From: a virus
Taxonomy: Duplodnaviria; Caudoviricetes
Virus record (IMG/VR): IMGVR_UViG_3300033068_001704
Location: 96,001-160,000 of that record
DNA length: 64,000 nt
Reading direction: 5' to 3' (one strand)
Shown piece by piece: positions 9,861 through 19,680 of this stretch. A model generated the notes under the pieces. The model saw nothing but the letters and a program-made list of their open reading frames with translations. It was not told the origin of the DNA and searched no databases. A program made the translations under genes and the position numbers. Position 1 is the first letter of the stretch. Every line of letters begins with the position of its first letter.

Positions 9861-10073
9861 ATGTACAAGGTCCCGTTCCGGCAGGTCTACTGCCACACGT
9901 TCATCGACTGCCTGCGAAGCACCTTCTGGTGCCACGTTGTCACCCGTATCTTCCCCGGAGCGGCAGACCTCGCGTCTGACTCCCTGCGTGACTGCTACGC
10001 GGAGCGCCCCGACATGATGTACGAGCAGTACAAGCATGTCTGGGTCGGCAACGAGCACGCCCCGAAGGCCTGA
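9861..10073 (+). CDS. Hypothetical protein
   Basis: GGAGG SD 7 nt upstream. Confidence 0.55.
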   Translation: MYKVPFRQVYCHTFIDCLRSTFWCHVVTRIFPGAADLASDSLRDCYAERPDMMYEQYKHVWVGNEHAPKA

Positions 10074-10122
10074 TCTGGAGAGGACGGGTGGCCTTCGATG
10101 CCACCCGTCCTTCTCAAGGTGA

Positions 10123-10605
10123 TCAGCCAGGGGTCTGTACCGAAACCTGAGCTGAAGTCTCCCCATCAGGGATGGACCAGCGTTCCAGCACGGTGCTCAG
10201 ACCTGTCTCCCAGTCCCGTTCCAGGACGAGGGCAGGGATGCCCTCATTCGCCGACTGGGTCGCCGCTCTCTGCGCTTTCGGGAAGAGCGTGTTCTGTGTG
10301 AGCGACTCCTTGGTCGCTTCGATGGCGGCATAGAACAAGCGTGGCTTCACTGCCTTGCTCTTCTTCGCCTTGGGCTCCCGAATCGGCTGGATGTGGGTCA
10401 GGGCGATGCAGGAAGCTTCCCCCTCCACCCACACAACAGCGGAGTGACCCATCTCCTGCGCCCCACTCCGGGTCTTGCTGAGCTTGCCCTCCCCCTCGCG
10501 GAGGAAGGTCCAGTATCGCACCGGGGTGCCGATCGGGTTCTTGGTGTTGAACTTGTCGGCCAAGCGTTGAGCGCGGGCCCTTCGTTGTTCTTCTCTGGTC
10601 GCCAT
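10123..10605 (-). CDS. Hypothetical phage protein
   Basis: GGGGGAG SD; FN..NPIGTPVRY small beta-domain-like N-terminus. Confidence 0.7.
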   Translation of the reverse strand: MATREEQRRARAQRLADKFNTKNPIGTPVRYWTFLREGEGKLSKTRSGAQEMGHSAVVWVEGEASCIALTHIQPIREPKAKKSKAVKPRLFYAAIEATKESLTQNTLFPKAQRAATQSANEGIPALVLERDWETGLSTVLERWSIPDGETSAQVSVQTPG

Positions 10606-10623
10606 TGCACTCCCCCCTCACGA

Positions 10624-10905
10624 TCAGTGTCTGATCGTGCAGTCCTTTAGCCATCCGCAACAGATCACGCCTTCCACCTCGCGGATCGAGGTGGATCCAT
10701 CGGGGTTGACGATGGTGCGACTGGCCGTCCAGTTGGATCCGAACGTGTCGCCTTCGGAGCACCCGAAGAACGCGACGCCCGTGACCTGAACGTTGTGGAA
10801 CCCCTCGTCCTCCAGGGCTTCGCGCGCTGTGTCTTCAGACACCGGGAGCGTGCAGGCCGTGAGGAGGGTCAGGGTCGAGGCGATGAGGAAGAGCTTCTTG
10901 GTCAT
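10624..10905 (-). CDS. Small Cys-rich lipoprotein
   Basis: MTKKLFLIASTLTLLTA-C lipobox; FGCSEGD...GVICCGWLKDCTIR. Confidence 0.8.
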   Translation of the reverse strand: MTKKLFLIASTLTLLTACTLPVSEDTAREALEDEGFHNVQVTGVAFFGCSEGDTFGSNWTASRTIVNPDGSTSIREVEGVICCGWLKDCTIRH

Positions 10906-10913
10906 GCGCGACC

Positions 10914-11405
10914 TTACGCCTGCGACCCCGAGGGGGACATGTCGTCGATGAGCGAGTCGAAGTCGTGCCGGGAGTAGACGTAGGAGCCCCGCTTGCCACG
11001 ACGGGAGATCTTGCCGCTCTGCGTCATGCGGTACAGGGCGCTCTGGATGGACTTCGGCCGCGTGAAGGAGTCCTTCACGATGACACGCGCCATGATGTCG
11101 CCTTCCTCCACGGTGATGACGGAGGGGTTGCTGAAGATCTCTTCCACGACCTCGTGGGTGATGGCAGCCACGTTCATCTGACGGCCGCGGGTGAGGCTCT
11201 CCTGCGGGTCGAGGCCGACCGACTTGAGGATGGCAGCGAGACGGTCCGTATCCATCTCCACCTTCTTCAGCTCTGCTTCGATCCGTTCCCGCTCCTTGGT
11301 GAGATGCGTTCGCATCTCGGAAAGGGCTGCGTACCCGATCCTCGCATCGCGTAGGAACGCGTCGAAGTCGAACCGGCTCTCGATCTCTTCATTTTCGATG
11401 GGCAT
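10914..11405 (-). CDS. Coiled-coil plus winged-HTH DNA-binding protein
   Basis: Coiled N-terminal half; C-terminal KSIQSALYRMTQSGKISRRGKRGSYVY; start set to MPIEN. Confidence 0.6.
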   Translation of the reverse strand: MPIENEEIESRFDFDAFLRDARIGYAALSEMRTHLTKERERIEAELKKVEMDTDRLAAILKSVGLDPQESLTRGRQMNVAAITHEVVEEIFSNPSVITVEEGDIMARVIVKDSFTRPKSIQSALYRMTQSGKISRRGKRGSYVYSRHDFDSLIDDMSPSGSQA

Positions 11406-11412
11406 GCTTCTC

Positions 11413-11427
11413 TTACGCCGCGTGTAA
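11413..11427. promoter_or_regulatory. Back-to-back GTAA elements for divergent genes
   Basis: TTACgccgcgtGTAA, 7 and 8 nt from the two divergent start codons (11405 and 11436). Confidence 0.6.
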
Positions 11428-11435
11428 GGTCCCCT

Positions 11436-11891
11436 GTGAGACACATTTCACTTTCCCAGGTGGATCTTTCGTCACCCAGCCCCTCGTTCGTTGTGCCTGA
11501 GGATCCGGACGATCTGTTCACGGCCATCCTCTCGCACATCGAGGGGAAGTACCTGAACCAGAGGAACGATGAGAGAACCCGCTACGTGATGCGGGGGGCC
11601 ATCCGTGGGATGATCCAGCATGCCTGCCAGGCGTACGGGATCGACCGAGGGGGGCTGCTTGCTATCGGGGTCTCGGAGAGTCGGCAAGCCCCTCAGGCGC
11701 TCACGCTCACGCCCACCGTCGCGGGCGTCGAGTGGAAGTACCTCACCTTCGAGGTTCGGGAGATGGTGGACCGAACCCCCCATGGGACCCTGATCATCGC
11801 GAAGTACGATCGAGACCAGGGCTGGGGGAAGTCTCAGTTGGAGGCGGCGGTCGATCTGTTCGAGAGAAGAGCCGACCGCACCGGGGGCTAG
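11436..11891 (+). CDS. Hypothetical protein
   Basis: GTG start 8 nt after GTAA. Confidence 0.6.
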   Translation: MRHISLSQVDLSSPSPSFVVPEDPDDLFTAILSHIEGKYLNQRNDERTRYVMRGAIRGMIQHACQAYGIDRGGLLAIGVSESRQAPQALTLTPTVAGVEWKYLTFEVREMVDRTPHGTLIIAKYDRDQGWGKSQLEAAVDLFERRADRTGG

Positions 11892-11956
11892 AGAAAATCC
11901 CCCTGAGGGGGGTAAAAAGAACCTCTCCGCTCGTTCCTACTTCGGAGGGGTTCAAC

Positions 11957-12733
11957 ATGATCAGATCGTTTCTACTCGCGGCGCTCGTCGCCCTGGTTCC
12001 CGTTCAGGCCTTCGCTCAGGAGAGGCCGGTGGCCGAGGCCCAGCATCTCTACGAGCTGGGTGTGATCTCCTACGAGCGGCAGGAGTGGGCACGGTGTGCC
12101 GACTTCTTCGAGCGGAGCTTCACCCTGGTGTTCGCGCCTGAGCTGCTGTTCAACATCGGTCGCTGCCACGCGCGAGAGGGCGGGGCCACCGGTGAGATCG
12201 ATTCGCTTCAGCGGGCTATCTTGGCGTACGCCCGGTACCTCCGTGAGCCGGTGACGATGGAGCCGAGCGAGCGCGCTGAGGTCGAGGCGGAGGTTGCGCG
12301 GATCCGAGCCAGGGTGGCAGAGATCCGGGCCTCGGTGCTCCCCATCGAACGACAGACGGTTGTCCCGGTCGTGGTGGTGGAAGAGCCGCAGGTCGAAGCC
12401 CCGCTCGCCGAAGAGACTCGGGTCGAGACCTCCCCCGAGGTGTTCGCGGTGGAGGCCCCGACTTCGGCCGAGTTCGGGTTCTCAGGCACGGTGACTGGAG
12501 CTGCCCTCACAGGGGTCTCTCTCATCACGGCGATCATCCTGGGGGTCGTGGCTCAGGAACGCTACGAGACCCTCGCGGAGACGTGTGGTCGTTCCCCTGA
12601 GGGGTGCTCGGCTGGTCAGATCCAAGAGGTCGATTCTCTCGGGGTGGCTGCCAACGCGATGTTCGGGGTGAGCGGCGCGCTCGCGGCAGGGACCGGGGTC
12701 ATGTTCGGGTTGGAGGTCTCTGGATCGTTCTGA
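11957..12733 (+). CDS. Exported TPR protein with C-terminal membrane segments (myxobacterial-style)
   Basis: Signal peptide ending AFA; AQHLYELG..FERSF..PELLFNIGRC..AILAYARYL; two C-terminal hydrophobic helices separated by a Cys pair. Confidence 0.75.
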   Translation: MIRSFLLAALVALVPVQAFAQERPVAEAQHLYELGVISYERQEWARCADFFERSFTLVFAPELLFNIGRCHAREGGATGEIDSLQRAILAYARYLREPVTMEPSERAEVEAEVARIRARVAEIRASVLPIERQTVVPVVVVEEPQVEAPLAEETRVETSPEVFAVEAPTSAEFGFSGTVTGAALTGVSLITAIILGVVAQERYETLAETCGRSPEGCSAGQIQEVDSLGVAANAMFGVSGALAAGTGVMFGLEVSGSF

Positions 12734-12787
12734 GCTGGGTCCTCTCTGCCTTGGGTGGGTGTAACGACCCACACCCTGAAGGTAGAG

Positions 12788-15256
12788 ATGACCCAAACCA
12801 CCAAATTCGCCCTCCGCAACTTCGCAGGTAAGCCGGTCCGATTCTTCCGTGTCGAGCGGGATGACCTCACGTCCCAGGCGCCGACTCCGGTCAAGAACCC
12901 CACCCACCACATCGTCGTCATCGACCGCTCCGGTTCGATGTACGGGGAGATGGAGGACATCAAGACCACGGCCGAGAAGATCTTCACGCTCGAAGAGTTC
13001 AACGACCCGACGATGCGCGTGTCGCTCGTCTCCTACTCGTCGAAGGGAGACGTCACGCTCCACTTCTCTCACGTCACGGTCGGCGACGTGATGAAGGGGG
13101 GAAGCCCCCACCTGAAGTCGATCCGAGCGATCCGAGCGACCGCCCTCACCTGCATCTCGCAGGGTCTCGCTCTCGCTGAGACGCTCGTGGACGACAAGGA
13201 GACGACCTGCATCACGCTCCACACGGACGGATTCGCGAACGACTCGTCCCCGACGGCCGAGGCGCGGGACATCCAGTCCGTCATCGCGAAGCTCAAGACG
13301 CACCCGGCTGTGTTCGTGAACACGGTCGCACATCGTGGCTGGTGTGACTTCGGGCTGATGTCGTCGATCTCGAACCAGCTCTCGGGCGTCTGCATCCAGG
13401 CAACGGACACACGCCAGGTCTACAACGCCTTCTACGACGGGATGAAGCTCCTGTCGGGAACGATGACACCCGCCCTGGAGGCGAGCCCCGGCGGCGCCTC
13501 GTACATGACCTTCGTGTCGAAGTCGGCGAAGAAGGTGCTCGGAACGGGTGACAACATCGTCATCCGCGGCCTCGCAGCAACGGACGATCGCGCCCTCTTC
13601 CGCTACTACGACGTCACCGAGGAGGAGTACGAGAAGATCCCCGGCGAGGAAGTCCTCAACAGCCGTGCGGTCTTCGCGTACTGTCGGACCCAGCTCGCCG
13701 AGGGACGGATCAACGCGGCGAAGTACGCCCTCGTTGCGACGCGCCATGAGGAACTCCTGAGCGTCCACGCGCGAGCGCTTGTCTCGTCGGATGTCGCCGC
13801 TTTCGCTCGGGCCGTCGAAGATCAGCTCTTCATCCCCTACGACAGCGAGATCGACGCAACCCCGCTGTACAAGACGACCCCGAGCTTCGGCCTGCCGGCA
13901 ACCGGCCCGTCCGTCCTGCGTGTCCTGTCGGTCCTCGACAAGCACGCGAAGAGCCTCGCGGTGAACCTCCCGTTCCTGCTCGCGGGCTACAAGCGCCGGG
14001 GGGTGAAGCGCGTCCCCGGGGCCCGCAAGGAGGATGGCACGATCGAGATCCCCGTGGCCGAGTCTCGCTACCGCAACCAGGACGAGTGGGTCTCGGTCAA
14101 CGGGTTCGAGATCAACCGGAACACGGCGACGATCAACATGCTCGTGAGCCAGCCGATCGATCTCTTCCTGATCGGTGGGACGGAGAAGATCGAGCAGGTG
14201 GCCGGGGTCAGTCTCGATGGCCTCCGGTCGTTCAACAACTACACGCTCGTGGGCGATGGTTCGCTGAACGTCCAGCAGCTCATGGTCCGGACCTCGGACA
14301 AGCGCTGCTGGAAGGAGCTGAAGGACCTCGGACTCGTCGAGGGGGAGTACAAGCCCAACGAGCCGTTCGCGCTCGGGTTCTCGAACCTCCCGCTCGTGGA
14401 CTACGACGTGACCTTCGATGCGATCTCCCCCGATGAGATCAAGGAAGTCGCACGTCTCACGGTGCTGTCGAAGATCCTCTCGGGGATGACGAAGGGGGAG
14501 AGCGCTTCTCTCACCGGGGAGCAGATCTCCGAGCTGAAGAAGATCTACCTCACCCCCGCGCTCAACTTCTCGCCCCCGACCACCACGGAGTACGCGAACC
14601 TCGACGAGGCCATCGCGCAGGGCAAGATCGACACCCGCCTGTCGTACAAGATCGACATCGGGTACCCGGCTCTGACCTCGGTCTCGAAGCTCAAGTCGGG
14701 CAACGAGTACCTTCAGCGTCGGTTCACGGTCAAGACGCTCGACAAGGAAGTCGAGAAGCCGACGCTTCGTGATGCCGCGTTCCCTGGTGCGAAGATCGGT
14801 CTGAAGACGCTCAGCGCCCGTACCACCCTCGACGAGGTGGATGCGCTCTCGATGCCTGTGTACGAGAGCTTCTTCGGGACCTCGGGCACGGAGGAAGTGA
14901 CCCGGCTCCTGACCCTCGCGGGGCACGACGATCCGGCGGACTTCTTCAAGACCATCCGGACCGGAGAGGCGGACGATGTCGTGGTGGCGGCTTCGGAGGC
15001 CCTCTCGTGCATCGAGAAGACCATCGAGTCGTTCTACGACCGCGTTCGCCCGCTCGCCTTCTACGTCGGTGCGACCGGTCTCGTGCCGGACTCCCTGAAC
15101 GCGGCGGCGATGACGGCGGACCAGTTCCTCGCAGCCCACCCGAGCGCCAAGCTCGCGAAGGCGGAGAAGGAGGAGGGCACGTTCTTCGTGCTCCCGAACG
15201 GTCTGGTCGTGACGGTCTACGTGAAGGGCGAGCACTTCACGGTCACCCAGGCGTGA
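12788..15256 (+). CDS. vWA (MIDAS) domain protein
   Basis: VVIDRSGSM (DxSxS), ALTCIS, LHTDG; long C-terminal region of unknown function. Confidence 0.85.
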   Translation: MTQTTKFALRNFAGKPVRFFRVERDDLTSQAPTPVKNPTHHIVVIDRSGSMYGEMEDIKTTAEKIFTLEEFNDPTMRVSLVSYSSKGDVTLHFSHVTVGDVMKGGSPHLKSIRAIRATALTCISQGLALAETLVDDKETTCITLHTDGFANDSSPTAEARDIQSVIAKLKTHPAVFVNTVAHRGWCDFGLMSSISNQLSGVCIQATDTRQVYNAFYDGMKLLSGTMTPALEASPGGASYMTFVSKSAKKVLGTGDNIVIRGLAATDDRALFRYYDVTEEEYEKIPGEEVLNSRAVFAYCRTQLAEGRINAAKYALVATRHEELLSVHARALVSSDVAAFARAVEDQLFIPYDSEIDATPLYKTTPSFGLPATGPSVLRVLSVLDKHAKSLAVNLPFLLAGYKRRGVKRVPGARKEDGTIEIPVAESRYRNQDEWVSVNGFEINRNTATINMLVSQPIDLFLIGGTEKIEQVAGVSLDGLRSFNNYTLVGDGSLNVQQLMVRTSDKRCWKELKDLGLVEGEYKPNEPFALGFSNLPLVDYDVTFDAISPDEIKEVARLTVLSKILSGMTKGESASLTGEQISELKKIYLTPALNFSPPTTTEYANLDEAIAQGKIDTRLSYKIDIGYPALTSVSKLKSGNEYLQRRFTVKTLDKEVEKPTLRDAAFPGAKIGLKTLSARTTLDEVDALSMPVYESFFGTSGTEEVTRLLTLAGHDDPADFFKTIRTGEADDVVVAASEALSCIEKTIESFYDRVRPLAFYVGATGLVPDSLNAAAMTADQFLAAHPSAKLAKAEKEEGTFFVLPNGLVVTVYVKGEHFTVTQA

Positions 15257-15278
15257 CCTGATCCTTAGATCTCAGGTG

Positions 15279-15315
15279 GAAGGCCGGCAGGGAAACCTGT
15301 CGGCCTTTCGTGTTT
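15279..15315 (+). terminator. Intrinsic terminator
   Basis: AAGGCCGGCAGG-GAAA-CCTGTCGGCCTT followed by TCGTGTTT. Confidence 0.75.
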
Positions 15316-15331
15316 GGGCGTAAGAGGCTGC

Positions 15332-15667
15332 ATGAAGCTTCCGACGACGTTCCACGCTCTTGGGGCCCCCATCACCGTGGAAGAGCAGGATCTTCAGGGA
15401 CAGGGGCTAGGGTTCTGGGACGAGTCCACTCGAACGATCGTCATCGAGAAGAACCAGCCCGCGATGGGGAAGCTCATCACCCTCGTCCATGAGGCGATGC
15501 ACGTGGTTGAGACGATGATGATCGAGAACGGGGCAATCAAGCGTCGCGTCTCCCACGACTTCATCACCGGGAGTGCGTTCGCACTCGCCACGATCCTCGT
15601 CCACACTGGGGCGATCGAGGGTGTCACCCCGGAAGACTGGGCGGCATTCGTCAAGGAACAGGGCTGA
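15332..15667 (+). CDS. Small zincin-like (HExxH) protein
   Basis: G.W...RTIVIE..TLVHEAMH; starts 8 nt after GCGTAA. Confidence 0.75.
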   Translation: MKLPTTFHALGAPITVEEQDLQGQGLGFWDESTRTIVIEKNQPAMGKLITLVHEAMHVVETMMIENGAIKRRVSHDFITGSAFALATILVHTGAIEGVTPEDWAAFVKEQG

Positions 15668-15668
15668 T

Positions 15669-16379
15669 ATGCCTCGCAAGCCTCGCAAGAAGCCCACCCC
15701 GGCAGGTCTGAGCCCCTTGAAGATCCTCGAAGAGACCTTCCAGCTCGACTACTTCTACGATGACGGTGGGGATCCCGTGGCCATCCCTCACCGGTGGCAC
15801 CGAGGGGCAGAAGATCAGCGCCTGTGTGTCATCGCTGGGGAGAACGCGTGCGGGAAGTCGTTCTTCCGTCGTGTCGTCCAGGCGGTCCACGGCCACCTGA
15901 AAACGGAGCTGATCCACCTCTCCATGGAGGGCCGGAAGAGCCCCATGGCTGCGATGGTCTACGGTGACGAGGGGTGCCGAAGCACGGGCGAGAACAGCAT
16001 CAACACGGTTCTTGGGGCGATGAGCACTGCCAATTCCCGCGACAAGGACACGGCGATCTTCTGGGACGAGCCTGACATCGGGTTGAGCGACTCCTGGTGC
16101 GCTGGGGTTGGGGTTCGCATCCGCGAGTACGCGGAGAGCGCCCCCAAGCACGTTCGAGGGATGTACGTCGTCACCCACAACCGAACTCTGCTGAGGGAGC
16201 TGGCCTCTGTAGATCCTCACTTCGTCTGGCTCGGTGAGGAGTCCCAGGGAGTAGATCGCTCCATCCCCCTCTCGGAATGGGTCGAACTCCCGATCAAGCC
16301 GCGTTACGATCTGGAGGCCCTCAGGGATCTCTCCAGAGCGAGGTACCGCGCCCTCCAGGCGATTCTGAAGCGGGTCTAG
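15669..16379 (+). CDS. Small ABC-type ATPase
   Basis: GENACGKS (Walker A), STGE, IFWDEPDIGL (Walker B/D-loop), VVTHN (H-loop). Confidence 0.8.
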   Translation: MPRKPRKKPTPAGLSPLKILEETFQLDYFYDDGGDPVAIPHRWHRGAEDQRLCVIAGENACGKSFFRRVVQAVHGHLKTELIHLSMEGRKSPMAAMVYGDEGCRSTGENSINTVLGAMSTANSRDKDTAIFWDEPDIGLSDSWCAGVGVRIREYAESAPKHVRGMYVVTHNRTLLRELASVDPHFVWLGEESQGVDRSIPLSEWVELPIKPRYDLEALRDLSRARYRALQAILKRV

Positions 16380-16385
16380 GCGCCA

Positions 16386-16613
16386 ATGGATGACGGCAAC
16401 TCCGGGAACCTCACCGCGATCACGGATCTGAACAGGATGTCCGCGACGACGCTGATGAGCGTCGGTCGGCGTTGGGGAAAGTCGCTGCTCGTTTCCGCTA
16501 TGGCCGAGTACGAGATTTCTAGGGCGTACCCCCGTCCGGTGGGGAAGAACCGGGCAACGCGCCGGAAAGAAGCTGCCCAGGCCCGGCGCAAACTCCGTCC
16601 TGTGCGTTCGTAG
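16386..16613 (+). CDS. Hypothetical protein with isolated GRRWGKS motif
   Basis: 75 aa; P-loop-like motif and basic tail. Confidence 0.5.
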   Translation: MDDGNSGNLTAITDLNRMSATTLMSVGRRWGKSLLVSAMAEYEISRAYPRPVGKNRATRRKEAAQARRKLRPVRS

Positions 16614-16654
16614 GGCAAACTTTCGGTATGGATGTTCTATCCGAACCCCCCATT

Positions 16655-16759
16655 ATGTACGACGACCTAAGCTGGATGGAGATCTTCTGCCTAGCAGTTC
16701 TCCTTGGTGTCATGTGGGCCATCTCGGAGATGGAACAGCGAGGAAAGCGGACGAAGTAG
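16655..16759 (+). CDS. Small single-TM protein (34 aa, not in ORF track)
   Basis: MYDDLSWMEIFCLAVLLGVMWAISEMEQRGKRTK; 13 nt after TTCTATC. Confidence 0.45.
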   Translation: MYDDLSWMEIFCLAVLLGVMWAISEMEQRGKRTK

Positions 16760-16807
16760 TGTTTCGTGGCCGGTAGAGTCGCTCACCCTCAGGGTGGAGA
16801 AGACTGA

Positions 16808-17107
16808 ATGACCGACCAGATGAACACGGGTACGACCGCCGCTGACACGACCGAGAACGCCCTCAAGCTTTCCCCGGAGGAGCTGGGGCAGATGCTCCGC
16901 ATCCATCAGGAGGCTCAGCAGGTCACGGTCCAGATCGGGCAGTCCGAGATCCGCAAGGCCCGACTGCTGTCGGGACTCGGTGAGATCGAGGAGCGCGGCA
17001 TGCGCATGATGGGTGAGATCGGGAAGCGCCTCGGGATTCCGGAAGGCACGCGCTGGCAGGCCGGACCGGATGGCTCGGTGATTATCGAGTCAAGCCCCCA
17101 GAGATAG
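16808..17107 (+). CDS. Hypothetical coiled-coil protein
   Basis: GGAG SD; helical heptads. Confidence 0.7.
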   Translation: MTDQMNTGTTAADTTENALKLSPEELGQMLRIHQEAQQVTVQIGQSEIRKARLLSGLGEIEERGMRMMGEIGKRLGIPEGTRWQAGPDGSVIIESSPQR

Positions 17108-17141
17108 ACCCGAGGATCCTCCTCGGGTCTCGTGAGGTGCC

Positions 17142-18530
17142 ATGCCCCCGTGGGTCCCCCAGACGTACCCCCTGCCCCCGCAGAACGTGATGGTCGTGTC
17201 CCCTTTTTTGAGTGGGATGCTGGACATCCGGTGGGATGACCCTTCTCTGCTCGGGGGGAACTCGGCGTACAACGTCCTCGGGGTGAATGTCTACCGGTCC
17301 GATGCTTCGGATCGGGGCCCGTTTCGGAGGCTCAACTCATTCCCGGTGAGTGGGACGTTCTTCCGGGACTTCACGGACGTCTCCCTCGTTTCCCAGGAGG
17401 TCATCCCCTGGGAAACGGGGTGGCAGTCCCGTGGTGATGCCCCGAATGTGCGTCGGTGGACGCTCCGAACCAGGTACGCGATCCACAAGCCGAGGACTCA
17501 GGGGGTCTTCGCGAACTCTCCGGAGGACGTGATCGTCACGATCAACGGGGTCCCGGCGCGGATCGACATGGTTTTCGGGTCCTCGAACGAGATCACTCTC
17601 GGCGATGCTCCGGAGATCGATCCGAGGGACGACAGGTTCGCATTCGCCCCGCTTCCTACAGGTCCGAGTGATGTGGTCGTCGTTACGTACTACACGCTCC
17701 GGAACCTCGTCCATCCGGGCGTGGACAAGAAGTCGTTCTACCGGGTCACGACGGTGGCAGAGGCCGTTTCAGACAACGGTCCCACGCCCCCCGACCTGGT
17801 CGAGACGCCCATGAATGTGACGATTCCTGCGTCCGACATGGCCATCGAGCAGCTCGACTACATCTGGCGCGAGGCGGTCCGTCGAAACCTGTGGATCCTG
17901 GAGCAGGGCGGTGAGCGTGTGAAGCTCTTCGTCCAGAAGGTCTCTGGGATCCGATGTGCGTGCCCCACGGAAATCGACCCGCGGTCCAGGGAGTTCAACA
18001 AGCAGCCCTCGAACCGCTGTCACACCTGTTACGGGACAGGTTTCGTGGGTGGGTACGAGGGCCCTTACGACGTCATCATGGCCCCGGACGACGGGGACAA
18101 GAGGGTCACGCAGACGGCAACCGGGCGGCGGAAGGAACACACCTACGACGTGTGGATGAGCTTCACCCCGATCGTCTCTCAGCGGGACTTCGTCATCAAG
18201 CAGAACAACGATCGCTACTCGATCGGACCTGTTCGGCGCCCGACGAACCGAGGGAACGTGCTCCAGCAGCACTTCCAGATCGGGTACCTCGACTACGGGG
18301 ACATCCGCTACTCGGTTCCGATTGACGGGACGATCGCGTCTCCGAACCTGCCGTGGCCTCAGACCCGGTACACCTACCGCCCTCTCCGGGAGACCTACGA
18401 TGCTCGGACGGACGCTCCCTGGCCTACCGATCCCGATGCGGCTCTGCCGATGGCGACCGACAAGGACAACGTCCCGGGTCCGGTCCAGATTCGCTCGCGC
18501 ACAGGTGCTGGCGAGAACTCGAACTACTGA
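17142..18530 (+). CDS. Putative neck/head-closure protein with Fn3-like N-terminus and Zn finger
   Basis: PQNV..IRWD..GVNVYRS; RCAC...CHTCYGTGFVGGY; first gene of the virion cluster. Confidence 0.6.
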   Translation: MPPWVPQTYPLPPQNVMVVSPFLSGMLDIRWDDPSLLGGNSAYNVLGVNVYRSDASDRGPFRRLNSFPVSGTFFRDFTDVSLVSQEVIPWETGWQSRGDAPNVRRWTLRTRYAIHKPRTQGVFANSPEDVIVTINGVPARIDMVFGSSNEITLGDAPEIDPRDDRFAFAPLPTGPSDVVVVTYYTLRNLVHPGVDKKSFYRVTTVAEAVSDNGPTPPDLVETPMNVTIPASDMAIEQLDYIWREAVRRNLWILEQGGERVKLFVQKVSGIRCACPTEIDPRSREFNKQPSNRCHTCYGTGFVGGYEGPYDVIMAPDDGDKRVTQTATGRRKEHTYDVWMSFTPIVSQRDFVIKQNNDRYSIGPVRRPTNRGNVLQQHFQIGYLDYGDIRYSVPIDGTIASPNLPWPQTRYTYRPLRETYDARTDAPWPTDPDAALPMATDKDNVPGPVQIRSRTGAGENSNY

Positions 18531-18537
18531 GGTCTAG

Positions 18538-19038
18538 GTGAAGCAGACCCTGAAGCGTCGGTACGTATCCCCGCTGGTGAAGCGAACTCAGGTTCAGCTT
18601 GACCGGAGGGATCTCCAATTCTTCGGCCGGTGCCTCATCAAGTTCGTACGGGAGGAAGCCGAGAAGGACGCCGCGAAGATGGGCCAGCTCCCGACGGCCC
18701 CTGAGTTCTACAAGTCGTTCTCCTTTCGAGTGAAGGGGAATGGGATCGAAGTCATGTCGAGCTGGCCGTGGATCCGCGTATACACGGAGGGCACGAACGG
18801 TCCGTTCCGCATGAAGTGGCTGACCCGCCAAGAGGGGGTCAACGTCGTTCCTCTACGTGGGAAGTTCGGGGAGGTCGTCTTCCGGACGGCCCCGCTCACC
18901 ACAGACAAGGCGTGGATCCATCCCGGGATCGCTCGGCACACCTTCATTCAGCGTGCGTTCAAGCGCGCTCAGAAGTCCTGTGTGGAGCGGTTCCTCCTCA
19001 AGAACCTCGGACAGATCTTGGATGGTGCGCTCGGATGA
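18538..19038 (+). CDS. Putative neck/tail-completion protein (HK97 gp10-like)
   Basis: Basic; WIHPG..TFIQRA motif; position in cluster. Confidence 0.5.
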   Translation: MKQTLKRRYVSPLVKRTQVQLDRRDLQFFGRCLIKFVREEAEKDAAKMGQLPTAPEFYKSFSFRVKGNGIEVMSSWPWIRVYTEGTNGPFRMKWLTRQEGVNVVPLRGKFGEVVFRTAPLTTDKAWIHPGIARHTFIQRAFKRAQKSCVERFLLKNLGQILDGALG

Positions 19039-19673
19039 AAGAGGTAGAGATCGTTTGCCTGGGAGATTCGGCCCACATTCCGGACCTCGGGCTGAAGTTG
19101 AGGCGAGGGGCGAAGGTCGCGGCCACGCTCACGATGGTGAGTGGGTCTCGTGATCTTGCCGAGCTGAAGCGTCTCGGGGTGGTGGCGGTGACAGAGTTGA
19201 AGGCTCAGGCGATCCGTCGGGACGCCCCGGTCGCTCAAATCCCTTCCCCCAAGAACCCCCCGCCCCCCCTCCCTGCTACGCGGCCGATGGCTCCGACCGT
19301 CCCGGATGAAACGGCCCATCTTCTGAGGGGGATCTTGGAGGAGATCAAGGGTCTGCGAGCAGACCTCAAGGCGCGACCTGTTCAGGAGGCACGTCCGGAG
19401 ATCGACCTCGGGCCCATGGTCTCGGCAATCCAGAGTGCCCTCAACCGTCCCGGGGTGGACTCGGGGCGACGGGTGGAGACCCGCCACGAAGTTGAGGCAG
19501 GTGACCTGAGCCGGGAGGAGCGGTTCATCCCGAGCGGTATCGTCTCAGGAAACCTCAAATCTGAGATCGCAACTCAAGATTCTTCTTCGGAGAACTCGGG
19601 CCTCGATGAGGCTGAGGCGCTTCTGAAGCAGGTTCGACGAGGTGCGAAAGATGCGAAGAAGAAGGCCGGGTAA
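19035..19673 (+). CDS. Hypothetical protein with Pro-rich linker and coiled coil
   Basis: ATGA overlap start (MKEVEIV); PSPKNPPPPLP; LRGILEEIKGLRADLK. Confidence 0.7.
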   Translation: MKEVEIVCLGDSAHIPDLGLKLRRGAKVAATLTMVSGSRDLAELKRLGVVAVTELKAQAIRRDAPVAQIPSPKNPPPPLPATRPMAPTVPDETAHLLRGILEEIKGLRADLKARPVQEARPEIDLGPMVSAIQSALNRPGVDSGRRVETRHEVEAGDLSREERFIPSGIVSGNLKSEIATQDSSSENSGLDEAEALLKQVRRGAKDAKKKAG

Positions 19674-19680
19674 CCTCGAC

